Numbered from the stretch's first letter, positions 35,225 through 48,036 are shown. The stretch is DNA of 64,000 nucleotides from Rhynchopus sp. YZ270_cl-10 (GCA_964035575.1 OZ037833.1:2418001-2482000), one strand, 5' to 3'. Notes: generated by a model from the letters alone, not told the origin. A program made the numbers and translations.

Positions 35225-38200
35225 ATGCCTCCCGGGGGCTTCACCCCCATAGATGAGACCTCCTCACGGAGTAGGGTGGGGCTGCGGGCTGGTGGGTACC
35301 GTTCACAGAGCGCTGCACCACCGTCAGGCAGTGTGGGGGCATCAAACCGGGACGAGCTGAGCCGGCTGGCGGCAGGGGTCAGTGCGAAGGGGCGGCTTGG
35401 GGAGAGCACAGCGGGGTCCTTCATGGACGACGACGACGACGATGAGTTCATGCGTCTCGAAGCCTCTTTGGGTAGCCGTCCTGCCGTTCCACCACTGCGC
35501 TCTGCACTGACACAGCAGCAGCCTCGGGCACAGAGTGTGGCACCCCCGGTTATTGCACCGAGTATGCGCAGTCGGGCAGTCACACCGAATCCATCATCTA
35601 CAGACAGCAACCCACCTGCATCACGCAAAACAAAAGCGTCGGTGCCTAGAGTATCCGCAGATGCTGATGAGACTGCGGAGTTTGAGAGGTTGGAGGCAGA
35701 GCTGGCTTTGGCTTCGGCGCGTGGAGGTGGAGGTGGAGGTGGAGGAGGTGCACAACGAACCACAGAGCGTGCAGAAATATCAAACCCAGGGCGTCTTCAA
35801 ATGAGACGACCGCTTAGAACAACGACGCCACCACCGTCAACGGGGGTTCGATCGATGTCGGTGCCAGATAGAAATGCGCGTAAGGAGATGGCTGCAGAGA
35901 GAGAGCGTAGTGACGCCATGCCCGACAGAAAAGAACGCATCGAGCGCGCCATGGAGCGCGGGAAGGATACCGGCGCAAGCGGCACCTTCAGCAGCCGAGG
36001 CGCCTCCATGCCGCAACCCGTTGCACAAACCTCACAGCCCCTTCGCTTTCCTTCCCCGGTCCCCCGCATTGCGGACACCAGGTTTCTCAGAGGCGACCCG
36101 ACCCCTACCCCGACCCCCACCGCCACCCCCGCTTCTCCTGCCGAAGGAGGGGGTAAGCTTACCTTCCGGAATCGCCTCTCATCTCCACGAGGTGGTGGGA
36201 ATGCGACTGCGTCGGACCCTCCTGTCGTTTCAAACGGTCTCAAACCCGGTGCAGGTGCAGGGTCAGGATCTGGTACCACACAACGTGAGGACACCCCTGC
36301 GCTTCAATCCTCTGCCTTTTCTCGCACTGCGTTGGCTTCCTCTGCAGCGCTTCGGAGCTCTCTTACTGCCGCGCCTGATGCTCCCATCTCCCCTAAGGGA
36401 GGCGCAACGACGACCAGCTCAGGTCTGGTTATCCCGATGAATATAATGTTGGGTAAGCGTGCCGCGCCTCCACCGTCTATTGGGGAGAGAGACAAAGAGA
36501 CGCCGAAGGAAGAGTTGACAAGGCAGTCCACGATGCCGCAGTTTGAGGAGAAGGTGAGCAGGGTGTCTGAACCTGGTGAGGCGAGGAGGGTTTCGGTCGA
36601 GAAGGGATCCGTGAATGTGTCGGGGCAGAGCTTCAGTAGAAGGAAGGTGACAACGTCGTCGACCCCTGAAGGGGAGACGCAGACGGTGCAGACTGTGAGG
36701 CGTGGGGTGCGCGCGTCGTTGGAGTGGGGTGAAACCGCGTCGCCAGAAGGGAGTCGTACGACATCGCAAAGGCATTCCCCTGCATCTCATACTTCACCAG
36801 AGGCCAATATCTCTCCAGAGTCTGTGGTGGTGTTGAATCCTAGTGGTTTTGGTTTGTCTGAAAGTCCTGCCAGAACCGTGGCAGACGATGACATAGCATT
36901 CCTCGACCACATAGAGCAGTTGGTAAGAAATCTGCAAATGAGTAGTGCAGAGGATAACCCAGAAATTCGCAGGCTCTTTGATGATGGCAACCATGAGGGT
37001 GTGTCTGTGTATGAGCGTCTTTGCAACCATATTCTTCCGGGGCTGCAGAAGCAGGCGGAGAGGCTGGATTTGACGGAGACGCAGAGGGGAGACCTGAGGG
37101 GGCGTCTTACGCAGATCCGTGATACGCTTGCGGGGTCGCCGACTCCAGAGGAGGAGAGCTGGCTTCTTTCGAATGATTCGTTTACGCGAATGGGGGAGTC
37201 TCCAGCAAAGGCGCCGACGTCGCAGCCGATCAGTAGACGTACCGTGCCAAATTCGTCGCAACTCCGCAACTCTGCTAGTCTGTCAAGTCTGCCGAACGGA
37301 AGTGAGCACGAAAGAGACAGCGAAAAGGCGGAGCGTTCCTCCCTCCCCGCCAGTACCAGTTCAAAGAACAGTAGCGTAAGAGGGAAGAACGGTGGGGGTC
37401 CAATCAAATCATTGGAAATGAAGATAGAGTCGCAGGACCGGAAGCTGCAGAGGCAGTCGCAGAAGGTGAACCGTCTGCAGCAGGAGAACTCTGAGCTGGC
37501 CCTGCGTGTCAAGGCGCTGTCCTCTGTCAAGTCGCCGACAAGCACGCCAAACAGCTCCTTCCACGGACGCACCTCTCCAGGACGTTCTGATCCGTCGATA
37601 AACCGATTCCAGATGTCCGGGATAAGCAGTCCGTCCACGCAGCCAGCCAGCAGACCGGTCACACCAGGGGCGTATGTGAACATATAAAAATGAAAACAAC
37701 ATGGGAATAAATCAATCCACAACACAGCCGCGCAAAGACCCAGCGAAGAAGCGTCCCCAGCAGTGAGGGTAACCTCTCCTTCTCCCAGGAGCGCACCTCG
37801 CCCAGAGGAGGTATGTCGTAGCTCTTCCCCTTTTGTACAGCTGATGCTCCACGACAATGATTGTGAAGGTGACTTAGAAAGCAGAATTTTGGCACAAGAA
37901 AAAGACAACAACAACACAACCCCCCAACAGGAGGAGCTGTGGTCATCCCAAGCTCACGTCTGAACACCCCTGGATCATATCTGGGCCACTCTAGCTCTCC
38001 GAGTATGTACCCCCCTTTTTTTTCCCCCAAATTTTTTTTGTTATAGGCGAATCATAGCACAACGATTTGGCATCATCATCAACAATTTCTTCTCTCTTTT
38101 GCCATGCCTGGCATTGTACGCGGGTCAGCAAACCCGTAAACCCGCAAAGGAGGTGCCTGTATCAAAAACCATTCTTTGCTTGCAACAAATACCAACACAA

Positions 38201-38271
38201 CTCTACTCTCAGGCGACCTAGCGTTCCGATGCAGATCTCCTACAGGGGGTGAAAAGAAGCGGAAGGTGTAA
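35225..38271 (+). CDS. Long S/P/R-rich disordered protein with coiled coil; predicted exons 35225-37671, 37728-37810, 37931-38002, 38213-38271
   Basis: 2.4-kb GC-rich ORF; three GTATGT...CAG introns keep the frame open to ...GGEKKRKV*; coiled-coil-like IKSLEMKIESQDRKLQRQSQKVNRLQQENSELALRV. The gene is well supported; the 3' exon model is inferred. Confidence 0.72.
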
Positions 38272-39497
38272 GTAAGCTGCTATAGTGTACCGCTGTTCTA
38301 CCCTTTTTGTTAAGTCTTCAAAAGTGATGATTTATTTACGGTAAACAATGATACATCATTTGAAAAATTGTAAATATCCTAGCCCTTTTTTTTTGGGAGT
38401 GACTTTTGAATACATAAACCATCCCTTGGATGGGGTGATTGTTGATAAAAAAAATAGTATACCGGCTAACCACAACACGGTGATACGAGAGGACAAAAAA
38501 AAAGGCGATGTACTGCATGTATCAGCTCCGCGTTTTTTGTCACATCAAAAAGTAATTATAATCAAAGAATAAGGGGGGGTGATGATACGTCAAGAAGGTA
38601 CCCGTTTTTGTTGGCATTTGTGTTTACTGGTTCAACTTTGGGAACATTTTATTCTTTTTTCTTGATAAGACAATCAGGGTATTAGCTTGCTTTCGGGATT
38701 TATGTCTGGCATAATTCTACCAAGGTAATGCCCTGAATACAAAACGGTTGTAACCAGCGCGGGAAGAGGTCGGATAGTGTAGAAAATATTGAAAAGCAAC
38801 TTATTTTTACCGCTGCTGATAATTGTTTTTGTATTTTTTTTTTTTTTTGGTCATTTTTTCTTTTTTGCTAAAATGCAAAAAATGTCAGGTCTGGTTCTGT
38901 TTTTACAATTTTTTTTTTTTTTTTTTTATCTTTGCAGTGCCTGCATTCGAGATGATAGCACTTTCCACCTTTATTTTTTGAGATCCCACATGGTGACTAA
39001 AGCACTCAGGAATGGTGCCATCCTCATAATTCGCTCGTCGGCTAAATGTGGGGGTGGGTCACGTTAACTAGTTTAAGGTGACTAAAGCACTCAGGAAGCT
39101 TAGGTTGATCTTACCAAATTTTTTTTTGAAATGGTTATTGCGAAGTGCCTCAATCAAGGTACCTGTTCTTCTTCTCTCTTTTTCTAAGATATGCGCACAG
39201 TCTCGTGCATCCTTCACCTTCAATGAGGGGGGTGCTTTGCGCACCATCAGAAAAATTTCCAAACTTTGCAAAAGGATTTATCAACGAAACTCCCCACTAT
39301 TTCCCAAATAAAAATAACTTTTTTTGTGAAGACTGTCTGAATGGCGTCTACACTAAACCAACAGATCATCGAAAAAAAAACTTTGTTCCCTTTTTTGGAG
39401 CGAAGTGATTGTCGACACAAAAAATTGCCCCCCCCCGATGACGTAGTGTTTCAGGGCTAGATTAGAGCATGCTTTCCTACCCCCTCCCCTTATACCC

Positions 39498-39771
39498 TAG
39501 TGGCTGTATTGTGGTGATTGCCCATTATAATACATAATACACATCACGATACGTACTATAGACAACGAGGCAGAACAAGCCTCGCTAAGGCCTGAGATAC
39601 AGGGAGTGGTTGAGGCGTACTCATAATACTCAGGCGTGGCTGAGGCGCGATTTGTAAGTACCTCAGCCACGTCTCAGATAGATTTTCTACGACATGCCTG
39701 TTTTTCAGGCGTAGTTTGCCAGCTGTATTGTGATATGTATTATGTATGATAGGCAATTCTCACAGCCACTA
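39498..39771. mobile_element. hAT-like palindromic MITE (TAG...CTA) carrying an internal insert; empty relative at 52694-52811
   Basis: tagtggctgtattgtg..gattgccc / ggcaattctcacagccacta; degenerate 8-bp flanks ttataccc and atatgccc. Confidence 0.6.
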
Positions 39772-41811
39772 ATATGCCCCACCTCCCCCCCCCCTTCCCT
39801 TTTCACCCTTTTCCCCGTATTATTTATAAGCAATTTTTTGGTTTGAAACGTAAGGTGTCCCTCAGAGTGGAAAACGCTGCTTAGAGGTGTTAGGGGGAAG
39901 GGGGAGGGGGGGAGGGGAAATAGTGAAGCTCATCCTCGGGATGTGTACACTAAATAGCAACAAATTTTTTTCAAAAAAAAAAAAAGGAAATCAGTTTTGT
40001 GTGGGTGATTCCTTCACGGAGCATTGCTTAGGATGTGTGGTGGATACTACAGGATTATTCTCAGAACATAGATACAAAGGAAGGGCGTATTGTGGATAGG
40101 GAGGGGGGGTGGGTAGTAGGGGAGATAGCAAAGTTCAGAGTATTGCCAGTTTGCTGTGAACGTTAAAGCTTTTGGGAAAAGGGGGGGGAAAGAACGAACA
40201 AAAGGCTTGCTTTGCATATCAAATTAAATTGACAAAAAAAGTAGGAAGCAGAAATATTGTGAGTGTGTTCCCGCTTGTGTTTATTTTGTTGTTGTTTTTT
40301 TTGTGTGGGTAAAGTGATGAGTTGGAAATGTGGAAATTGGGCCACCCCAATTACCGTCTTCGTAAAAATTTTCGACCTAATAAAGTTCGTCCTTTTTTAC
40401 GGTCGAACATTATTACGAAGACGGTAGTACCACGGTTCAACATATTTGCCCATATTATGGTTCTTTTCATAATAGACTTCGAGAAAAGAGGAAAATAAAC
40501 AAATAAACACCATTGCGGAGAGAGGAAAATGATTTTCATTTTGATTTCTTTTCTATGCTCACGTATTTTCTGTACATAGCTTTCTATTTTTGATAAAAGA
40601 AAAGGTGACCAAGCACAGGAGGGCTTAGACTCCTCTTGCCAGAAAACCTTTTTCTTTGCTCTTTTGATGTATCTGCCCAACGCTTCATTCTGTCATTTTC
40701 GTATCATGTGTTTTATTTGCTTTTTTTTGCTTTCTTCACACAGTAGGGTACCGTTCCTACAAAGAGCGAAGACAAAAGGAAATTTTCTTGGTTCGGATAC
40801 AACGAAATTGAAGATCGAGATACAATCGGTTTTTTGCACCAATCAAGACTGAGCACTCATGGTATTTAGATTCATCTGGCCAAACCTTTATTGTTTTTTT
40901 TTAGATAATATTATATGTGCATAAAGTGGTGTGGCGCATTTTTTGCGGTTTTGGATGGCCCAAGAATAACCCAAAAGGGGTTTAATTTTTCTGTTGCGCC
41001 GGCACATTTCTTCATTTATTTTTGTTTTTTAAACCGGTCTTATTCAGAGGCATCCGTACCCCCGAACTTCATTAAAAATTTGCACAAAAAAATGTTGATA
41101 CTAAGGTCCATATCCCCAACCAAAAAAAGAAGGGATGGGAAGACAAAAGAGTGTTGCTCTTTTTTTTCTTTCAAAAATTTGTTTCCTTTTTTTATTCGTT
41201 TCACTGGGAGCTTCTTCAAACCTTTCATTTGCCCAATAAAAGGGTATTTCTTTCCCGATATTCCTCCCCCTTAGGTTTTTTTTGTTTCAACCCTTCACAT
41301 GATGAATGCAAAACAAAAGCTTCTTATTCCCCCCCCTTTTTTTTTTCATAACATCTCCTCCTCTTCCAACTTCACCTACTGTGGTTTTCGTATCTTCTGT
41401 TGTCCGCAGGGTACTGTTTTCATCTGAGGATGACATTGCATAGGTCAGTAGGAGAGGTGCAAGGTATCAATTCCTGCCATTTAGCATACAATGCAACAAG
41501 GCTGACTGAAAATAGAGTGGAAAAAAAATCGTTCTGAGGTGTGGATGAGGCGTACTTCAACCTCCAAACCCCTCCTGCTGCAAACAGAGCCACAGCCTCG
41601 AGAGTTTCCTGTTAACTACGTTACAATGTAATGAGGCCGTTTTAATTGTATTTTAAACCTGCCTTTCTCTGTTCCAGGTTTTGGTACTTCACCCCCCTCA
41701 ACTACCCCCCTCTCCTTCCCATTCACTCTCTTTCTCTCTACAGACACACGAATTCCTCATTTTTTTCCTCCCAATATCGCATTCTTTCATATAAACGAGG
41801 AAGGTACGGAG

Positions 41812-43098
41812 ATGGTGTTGCAGCTAGAGGCGGAGGGTGATAATGTTATGTACTGTTCTGCGATAAGCACTGCACCGCCCACCCCTACCACACGGTTACG
41901 CAAGGCGGAGGAGGGGGTATTTGAGTCCTCCTCTGGATCGCAGTCTTCTTCTGGCTCTTCTGAGCCTTCTTCTCCTCCTCAGATTCCTCAGGTGCAGAGT
42001 ATTGAGGAATTTTGCGCGCTTCTGAAGGATTGGGAGGCACAAAACTACTATGACATAAAAACGAAATATTCCAAGGCAATTGACGGCGTACAAACCCCTC
42101 CATTGGAAACACCAGAGGACTCCTTGGAGGATTGGGAATTCCGTACATTTGCCTTTTTTATTGCGTTTTTTAAGAGGTGGTATGCATTTTACCCTTCCTT
42201 CAAAAAGCAAGATGGATTAGAATTTACCCGCAGATTCGCATGGTTATACCACCAAAACCCGGCAGGGTTGCAGTTTGTTACTACATTTCCTGGGGTAGAG
42301 ATTTGCCGGCAATTTGTAACGTTAAATGGAATGAAAATGGATGATCCGGCCTCAAAATCTGTAGCAGAATCTTGGATGGCGGAGATTGGGGAGAGAATGA
42401 AGGATTTTATTGTCCCTGAGGTAGGTTTTCGGAATTTCAATGAGTTCTTTGCGAGGAAGATTAAACCGGAGGCGAGGCCAATCAGTCGGGCAGACGATCC
42501 GGCTATATTGTGTTCCCCAGCAGATTCTATTGTGAATATGGTTGTGAACGATCTTACCCTGCACAAAAGCGACATTCCGGTCAAAACCGTTGAGCTTTCT
42601 TTGTACAACCTGCTCAGTGGATCTGACTATGCTGCACGCTTTGTCGGAGGCTCGGCAATGTCGTGTATTCTAATGCCCGATGACTACCACCGTTTTCATG
42701 CTCCAGTTGCAGGGAAGGTAGTTGCCGCGACTGATGATATTGCAGGAGGGCTCTTCGAATTTCCGGATCTACCACAATTTATGAACAAAGGCAATGTTGC
42801 AGGTGGACAAGATTGTTCAGCGTTTGAACGGTTCAGGAGGGGCTATGTCATCATCGAAACAGAGAAATTTGGGTATGTCGGGATGGTGCCTGTTGGGTTG
42901 ACCTCTGTTGGTAGTGTGGTCTTGACAGAAAAGTTTCGGGACATCGGAGAAGGTGTGCCTATCACGAAAGGAGAAGAAATTGGGTACTTCCAATACGGCG
43001 GGAGTCTGTGCATTCTCCTCTTCGAAAAGGGTGTCTTCCCGTCCGTGAGAATACCCCAGGGGCAGATGCTCGGATCGCTCATTGAGAAGACAGATTAA
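41812..43098 (+). CDS. Phosphatidylserine decarboxylase family proenzyme, paralog 1
   Basis: FNEFFARK, SPAD, DYHRFHAP and GYFQYGGS (pyruvoyl self-cleavage site). Confidence 0.88.
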   Translation: MVLQLEAEGDNVMYCSAISTAPPTPTTRLRKAEEGVFESSSGSQSSSGSSEPSSPPQIPQVQSIEEFCALLKDWEAQNYYDIKTKYSKAIDGVQTPPLETPEDSLEDWEFRTFAFFIAFFKRWYAFYPSFKKQDGLEFTRRFAWLYHQNPAGLQFVTTFPGVEICRQFVTLNGMKMDDPASKSVAESWMAEIGERMKDFIVPEVGFRNFNEFFARKIKPEARPISRADDPAILCSPADSIVNMVVNDLTLHKSDIPVKTVELSLYNLLSGSDYAARFVGGSAMSCILMPDDYHRFHAPVAGKVVAATDDIAGGLFEFPDLPQFMNKGNVAGGQDCSAFERFRRGYVIIETEKFGYVGMVPVGLTSVGSVVLTEKFRDIGEGVPITKGEEIGYFQYGGSLCILLFEKGVFPSVRIPQGQMLGSLIEKTD

Positions 43099-43557
43099 AA
43101 AGATTTTTTTTTATACATTTTACCGTGCTGATTAATATTGGATAAATTTAGACTTTACGGGGGGAAAAAATGGACCTTTTAAGGAGCGCTTCGGTCCATC
43201 GAAGCCCCTCATAGGTTCAGCAAACTTCCCGTAATATCTTCTTTTTGTACAATACTATTATAAGCACAGTATTGTACGCGTGAACGATAAAAACCAGACT
43301 AGAATGATGCTATGAAACTATAAAACTACCCTTTTTTTCATCCTTTAAATAATTGTTGCTTCGACTCAGATTGATTTTAGTGGTAAAAAAAAACGCCTTT
43401 TTTTCTTGAGTTGAGGACGTCAGAATATTATTTTTTGTCTATTTCTTCAACAACAAAAGCCCGTCAGACAACGTTGTGTGTATGTGTTCTCAATTGACCC
43501 TACCTTCTTGGTAATGGGGTTTTTTTTGTTCCAGCGCGATACTGATAAGAGGTAAAT

Positions 43558-43587
43558 ATGTGTGTGCACGAGAGGCACATTCATCTT
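43558..43587 (+). repeat. Type copy of hairpin family B (atgtgtgtgc-acgagag-gcacattcatctt)
   Basis: Copies at about 6, 731, 31495, 43558, 45470, 45875, 52042, 53838. Confidence 0.8.
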
Positions 43588-45071
43588 TGCAAAACCTTGG
43601 CTGCGAGATTTTGTTGAGAATAGAAATTCAGACACACCTACCTTAACCTGCTCTTGTATCCTTTCCCCCTCTTCTGGTATTTGGTTTATAGTTTCATGGT
43701 GTCCTAAGCAGTCTGCGTTTTTGAAGTTGTGTTTGCAAAAAAAAGCTTCATTTTTTTTTTTCTCTCGAATTTAAAAAAGTCCTTGTACCTTCTCTTTGGA
43801 AAGGATATGGATCGATTTGTCCCCATTATAATCCCTGATTTTTTTTTGAAATCTCGACATCTATTTTTCACAAATGCAAAAATAATTTTTGACCCACATG
43901 AAAAACTAATTAATTTTAGTAACGAAAAATGAGTCTCAGCAACAGAGAGCCCCTTTCTCTCAAGGCTCGCCTTCGTTACTGTACTAAATTTTTTTTTTTA
44001 TATCTACAAGCGTTAACTTAAAGGAGAAACAGTTTCCTCCGATACGGTCGCCAATCACCCCTTGGGTAATTGAGCGCAGTCAACAAAAATAACCTTTTTT
44101 CCTTTTTAGTTACCCATCAGAGTGCCGTTTTTTTTCTCTTTCCGACAAAGAATAATGGATACTTCCTCATGGAAGACAATGGGCCGTTTTTTTTTATCAA
44201 GGTGACTAAGCAAATGAGGCTTAGATTCATCTTACAAACCTTTCTTTTTTACATAACGACTGCAAGGTGACTAAGCGAGAGAGTTTGTGTACCTTCAGCA
44301 ACACAAAAAGCGCAAAAATAAGATACACTCATTTTTCTAAGCTTAGCCTGACATGTGGCAAACAAGAAAACATTGCAACAAGTTGGCGACTATTAAATAT
44401 CACCAACATGCACCTTTGTTCATCCAAGATAAAAAAAACAAAAGAAACAAACAGATGTAAGCAATCAAGACAGCGCTTCTGCATAACAAATGATAGAGTC
44501 GATGTCGATAGCTAACTTTTATATTTTACTTCGTGCCTGATAGACAAGCAATGGCGAGTATGGGCAGCCAACCCATTCCGACCAAGGGCAAGCTTGGGCG
44601 ATGAACCCATTAAGACCCACAGGGCGAGCCGGGATATATACCCGAGCCGACCCTGCCCCCAACCCCCAACCCCCTGCCGAGCCGAGCCGAGCCGAGCGAG
44701 TGTGCCGAGCCGAGCCGAGCAGAAAAGACTTGATCGACCAGAGTTACAAAGTTTCTTCATAAAAAAAGCTAAAAAAATGGTTGAAGATTAAAATCTACTA
44801 ACAACCTGCAAACCACCTGTGTCACTATTATGCTGACTATCGACCCACGTGGCGAGTCAGTAGTGGCGTTATATTTGACCCTTTTTTTAACAAAGTACCC
44901 TGCTATATGCAGAGTAACTGCCTTGGATGAGGTGAGCTACGATCATCCGAAAATATAAAACAAGTTTTTTTTGAACATGATCCACTTTTATTTTTGCAAT
45001 TTTGATTTTTTCATTCTTTTACAATGTAGGTTTCGAAAACTGTCTGGGCCTTGAGCGACAGCGGAACACTA

Positions 45072-45162
45072 ACTACAAGTCCACAGAGGGTCATGCACTG
45101 ATGAAGTCCACCTCTGTTTACAACTAATGTATGCGTTTAGGACTGAAACATGGACTTGTGGT
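45072..45162 (+). ncRNA. Candidate hammerhead ribozyme, non-circularly permuted
   Basis: CTGATGA 45098-104 and GAAA 45145-148; stem II agtcc/ggact; stem III atgt/acat; GUA cleavage triplet 45129-131; stem I atgca/tgcgt; extra helices cagagg/cctctg and actacaagtcc/ggacttgtggt. Confidence 0.7.
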
Positions 45163-46975
45163 ACAGATGTACCACCCTACAAAAACTTTTGAATATGCAT
45201 ATTTACAAAAAAACAAAAACAAAACAAAAAGGATCCAAAAATACAACAAAAAAGATTGATGAATAACCAATGTTCAAAACATTAAGTAATCTAATCAGAC
45301 TAAGCGAGAGAGGCTTAGGGTCATCTTACAAAGAAAAAATTCTTTCTGTTTCTCTTCTTTCTTCCCCAAATCTAACTGGTGTTTCCCTCCCCCTCTCCCA
45401 TTGATATCCCCACACTTTTTTCCCCCAGAGAATGTGACATTGTTTTTTTTTCAAAATGTGTGTGTGTGTGTGTGCACGCGAGGCACACTTCATTTTACAA
45501 TTTTTTTAAAAGTTAATTTTCAGACGTCCAGCAAACGGTGGTGTAAAAAAAAAACCCACCAATTTTTTTTGACTCCCTCGACTTCACCAACTTTTTTTTT
45601 CCGAACCAACGTTTTGTTGGACGTCTGTACTTTCATTAACACCCTGGTTTGTCCCTCCCCTCATATCTCTCTCCCCTCTCAATTAAGCTTGTTTGAGCAG
45701 CTTTGCTGCGTATCTGGGGGGTAGGCTTGTAGATACAAAAGGCCTCCCTCCTTCCCCTAACATTTGGTTGACTGAACACAGAGACGCAGGTGCATCGTAC
45801 CAACCTTTTTAGTGTTGGATCTACCAAATCTCCTTTCCGTATTTTTATAATTACGGCATTCAGACAGCTTTTTTAAGATGTGTATGCACGAGAGGCATGC
45901 TCATCTCACAAAGTACATTATTTGCCTTCTCTTTCTGAAGAGGAAGGATTGGTTTTTGTCGATAATCAAGGAATCTTGTATTACCTGCGGATGCATAGGA
46001 GCTGTTCGATGCCCCATGTGCACCAGTGGCTACTGCAAACTAGAGTCTTCATTGTGTAGACAGCCTTCTTAACCGTTTTGTTCAGCATCGTATTTTTAAG
46101 GAAACCAAGAAATACCAATGTATTTTTCGACCTTCTGTCGAAATTATCACAGTATATTATACTATAGTAGTACAGTTGCCACTAGTTGGCTCGGATCACT
46201 TTACCCCCTTTTCTTAAACATTATTGTGTTGCAAAATAAAGGGGGGACCCGTCGATTATTTACCTATTTTGGTGTGTTCCGGGGTATCGGAAAATACAAA
46301 TTTTCACCAATCTTCACCAATCTTCACAAGTTTTCACAAGTTTTCACAACATAATTTTTGGCCATTTTTTTGTGAAGAATTGTGAAGAGTTGTGAATAGT
46401 TGTGAAGAGTTGTGAATTGAAATGAAAATTTGGATGAAAAAAACACAGATGTTGTGAAGATTTGTGAAGAGTTGTGAACAGTTGTGAAGAGTTGTGAATT
46501 GGAGGGAAAAAAAGGGGGGTGTTTTTTTCCAGGGTTTTTGCAGGACTGGTCAGGTAAAGTGTGCTGTGCAGAGGGCTAGCTAGCGTGGGTCTGTGAGTCA
46601 AGCTGGCCGTACCACCCCACCCCCTGTGCGGAGGAGGACGACGGAAGTCCGCGGCGTGTTCGTTTGTTGCCTTTTTTTTTTTCAACATGTTCACAACTCT
46701 CAAGAAAGTAGCGTACCGTGCGCCTGCGACGCAGCTAAAAATTACTAGCGGTAGCCCACAGCTCTACCCGAAATGTTGCGTACCGTGGCTTCGCTAGAAA
46801 AGTTTTGTACCAGTGGCACTACCACTTGTTTCCCTGTTTTTTGTACCGTTTTACTCAAAACACAGCTGGGCGCAACTAGCACCATACTCACCTGAACTGT
46901 GCCTATATTAGGCACAATTTCAGCACACTTTCAGCACAAGTACACACACGTACACGTCGGGGCCATATGTAGTGT

Positions 46976-47594
46976 AGTACTGTACTGTACTGTACTGTAC
47001 TGTACTGTACTGTACTGTACTGTACTGTACTGTACTGTACTGTACTGTACTGTACTGTACTGTACTGTACTGTACTGTACTGTACTGTACTGTACTGTAC
47101 TGTACTGTACTGTACTGTACTGTACTGTACTGTACTGTACTGTACTGTACTGTACTGTACTGTACTGTACTGTACTGTGTACTGTGTACTGTGTACTGTG
47201 TACTGTGTACTGTGTACTGTGTACTGTGTACTGTGTACTGTGTACTGTGTACTGTGTACTGTGTACTGTGTACTGTGTACTGTGTACTGTGTACTGTGTA
47301 CTGTGTACTGTGTACTGTGTACTGTGTACTGTGTACTGTGTACTGTGTACTGTGTACTGTGTACTGTGTACTGTGTACTGTGTACTGTGTACTGTGTACT
47401 GTGTACTGTGTACTGTGTACTGTGTACTGTGTACTGTGTACTGTGTACTGTGTACTGTGTACTGTGTACTGTGTACTGTGTACTGTGTACTGTGTACTGT
47501 GTACTGTGTACTGTGTACTGTGTACTGTGTACTGTGTACTGTGTACTGTGTACTGTGTACTGTGTACTGTGTACTGTGTACTGTGTACTGTGTA
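46976..47594. repeat. Compound satellite: about 40x TGTAC followed by 59x TGTGTAC
   Basis: Perfect arrays with an abrupt switch at 47176. Confidence 0.97.
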
Positions 47595-48036
47595 AAAACC
47601 ATAGGGGGGACCCTATGGATTTCCGATGTCCGAGTTTGAGGACCAAAAATTCCATTAAAGCAAGAATTTTTAACTTTGGAGTATCTGTGGTACTCTCATA
47701 TTTTTTCCTAACTCGCACAAAATTTCTAAAAACGGTGTTAATAATCCCCACCAAAAAGGCGGATAAGACGAAAGGAGACGAAGTAACCGCCAAGGACTCA
47801 CCAGTGCGTCGATCCATAATGTGTGAGAGATGCAAAACAACCACCGCCATAATGGAATTAACCTGTAGGTTAACCTCACACAGGACAGTCTCGTCGCCCA
47901 CAAAGGTCAATAATACACTCCGGATTTTGGGGACAATTTTTGACCGAAATGGGCCGCCTATTAGTGACCGGGCTCATATTTTCCGAAATTTAAGAGGTCA
48001 TAAAATTGTCCAATTTTCAACGTCGGCCCCACCACT

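Noticed and set aside
36787..37917. Long minus-strand ORFs opposite real genes (also 8123-8962, 12270-13070, 55737-56426)
   Set aside because: Antisense shadows of GC-rich coding sequence with no recognisable motifs.
41414..41515. Possible C/D snoRNA or degenerate hammerhead (ctgaggatga ... ctgactgaaa with terminal stem)
   Set aside because: C box imperfect, no rRNA complement recognised, and GUAG in place of GAAA; insufficient support.
45604..45637. Spliced-leader-like relic aaccaacg...tctgtactttcatt
   Set aside because: The middle does not match the diplonemid SL as I recall it, and most of it is the right arm of an inverted repeat with 45521-45541.
46976..47594. Interstitial telomere
   Set aside because: The unit is not TTAGGG-like and the array lies inside nested transposon ends.
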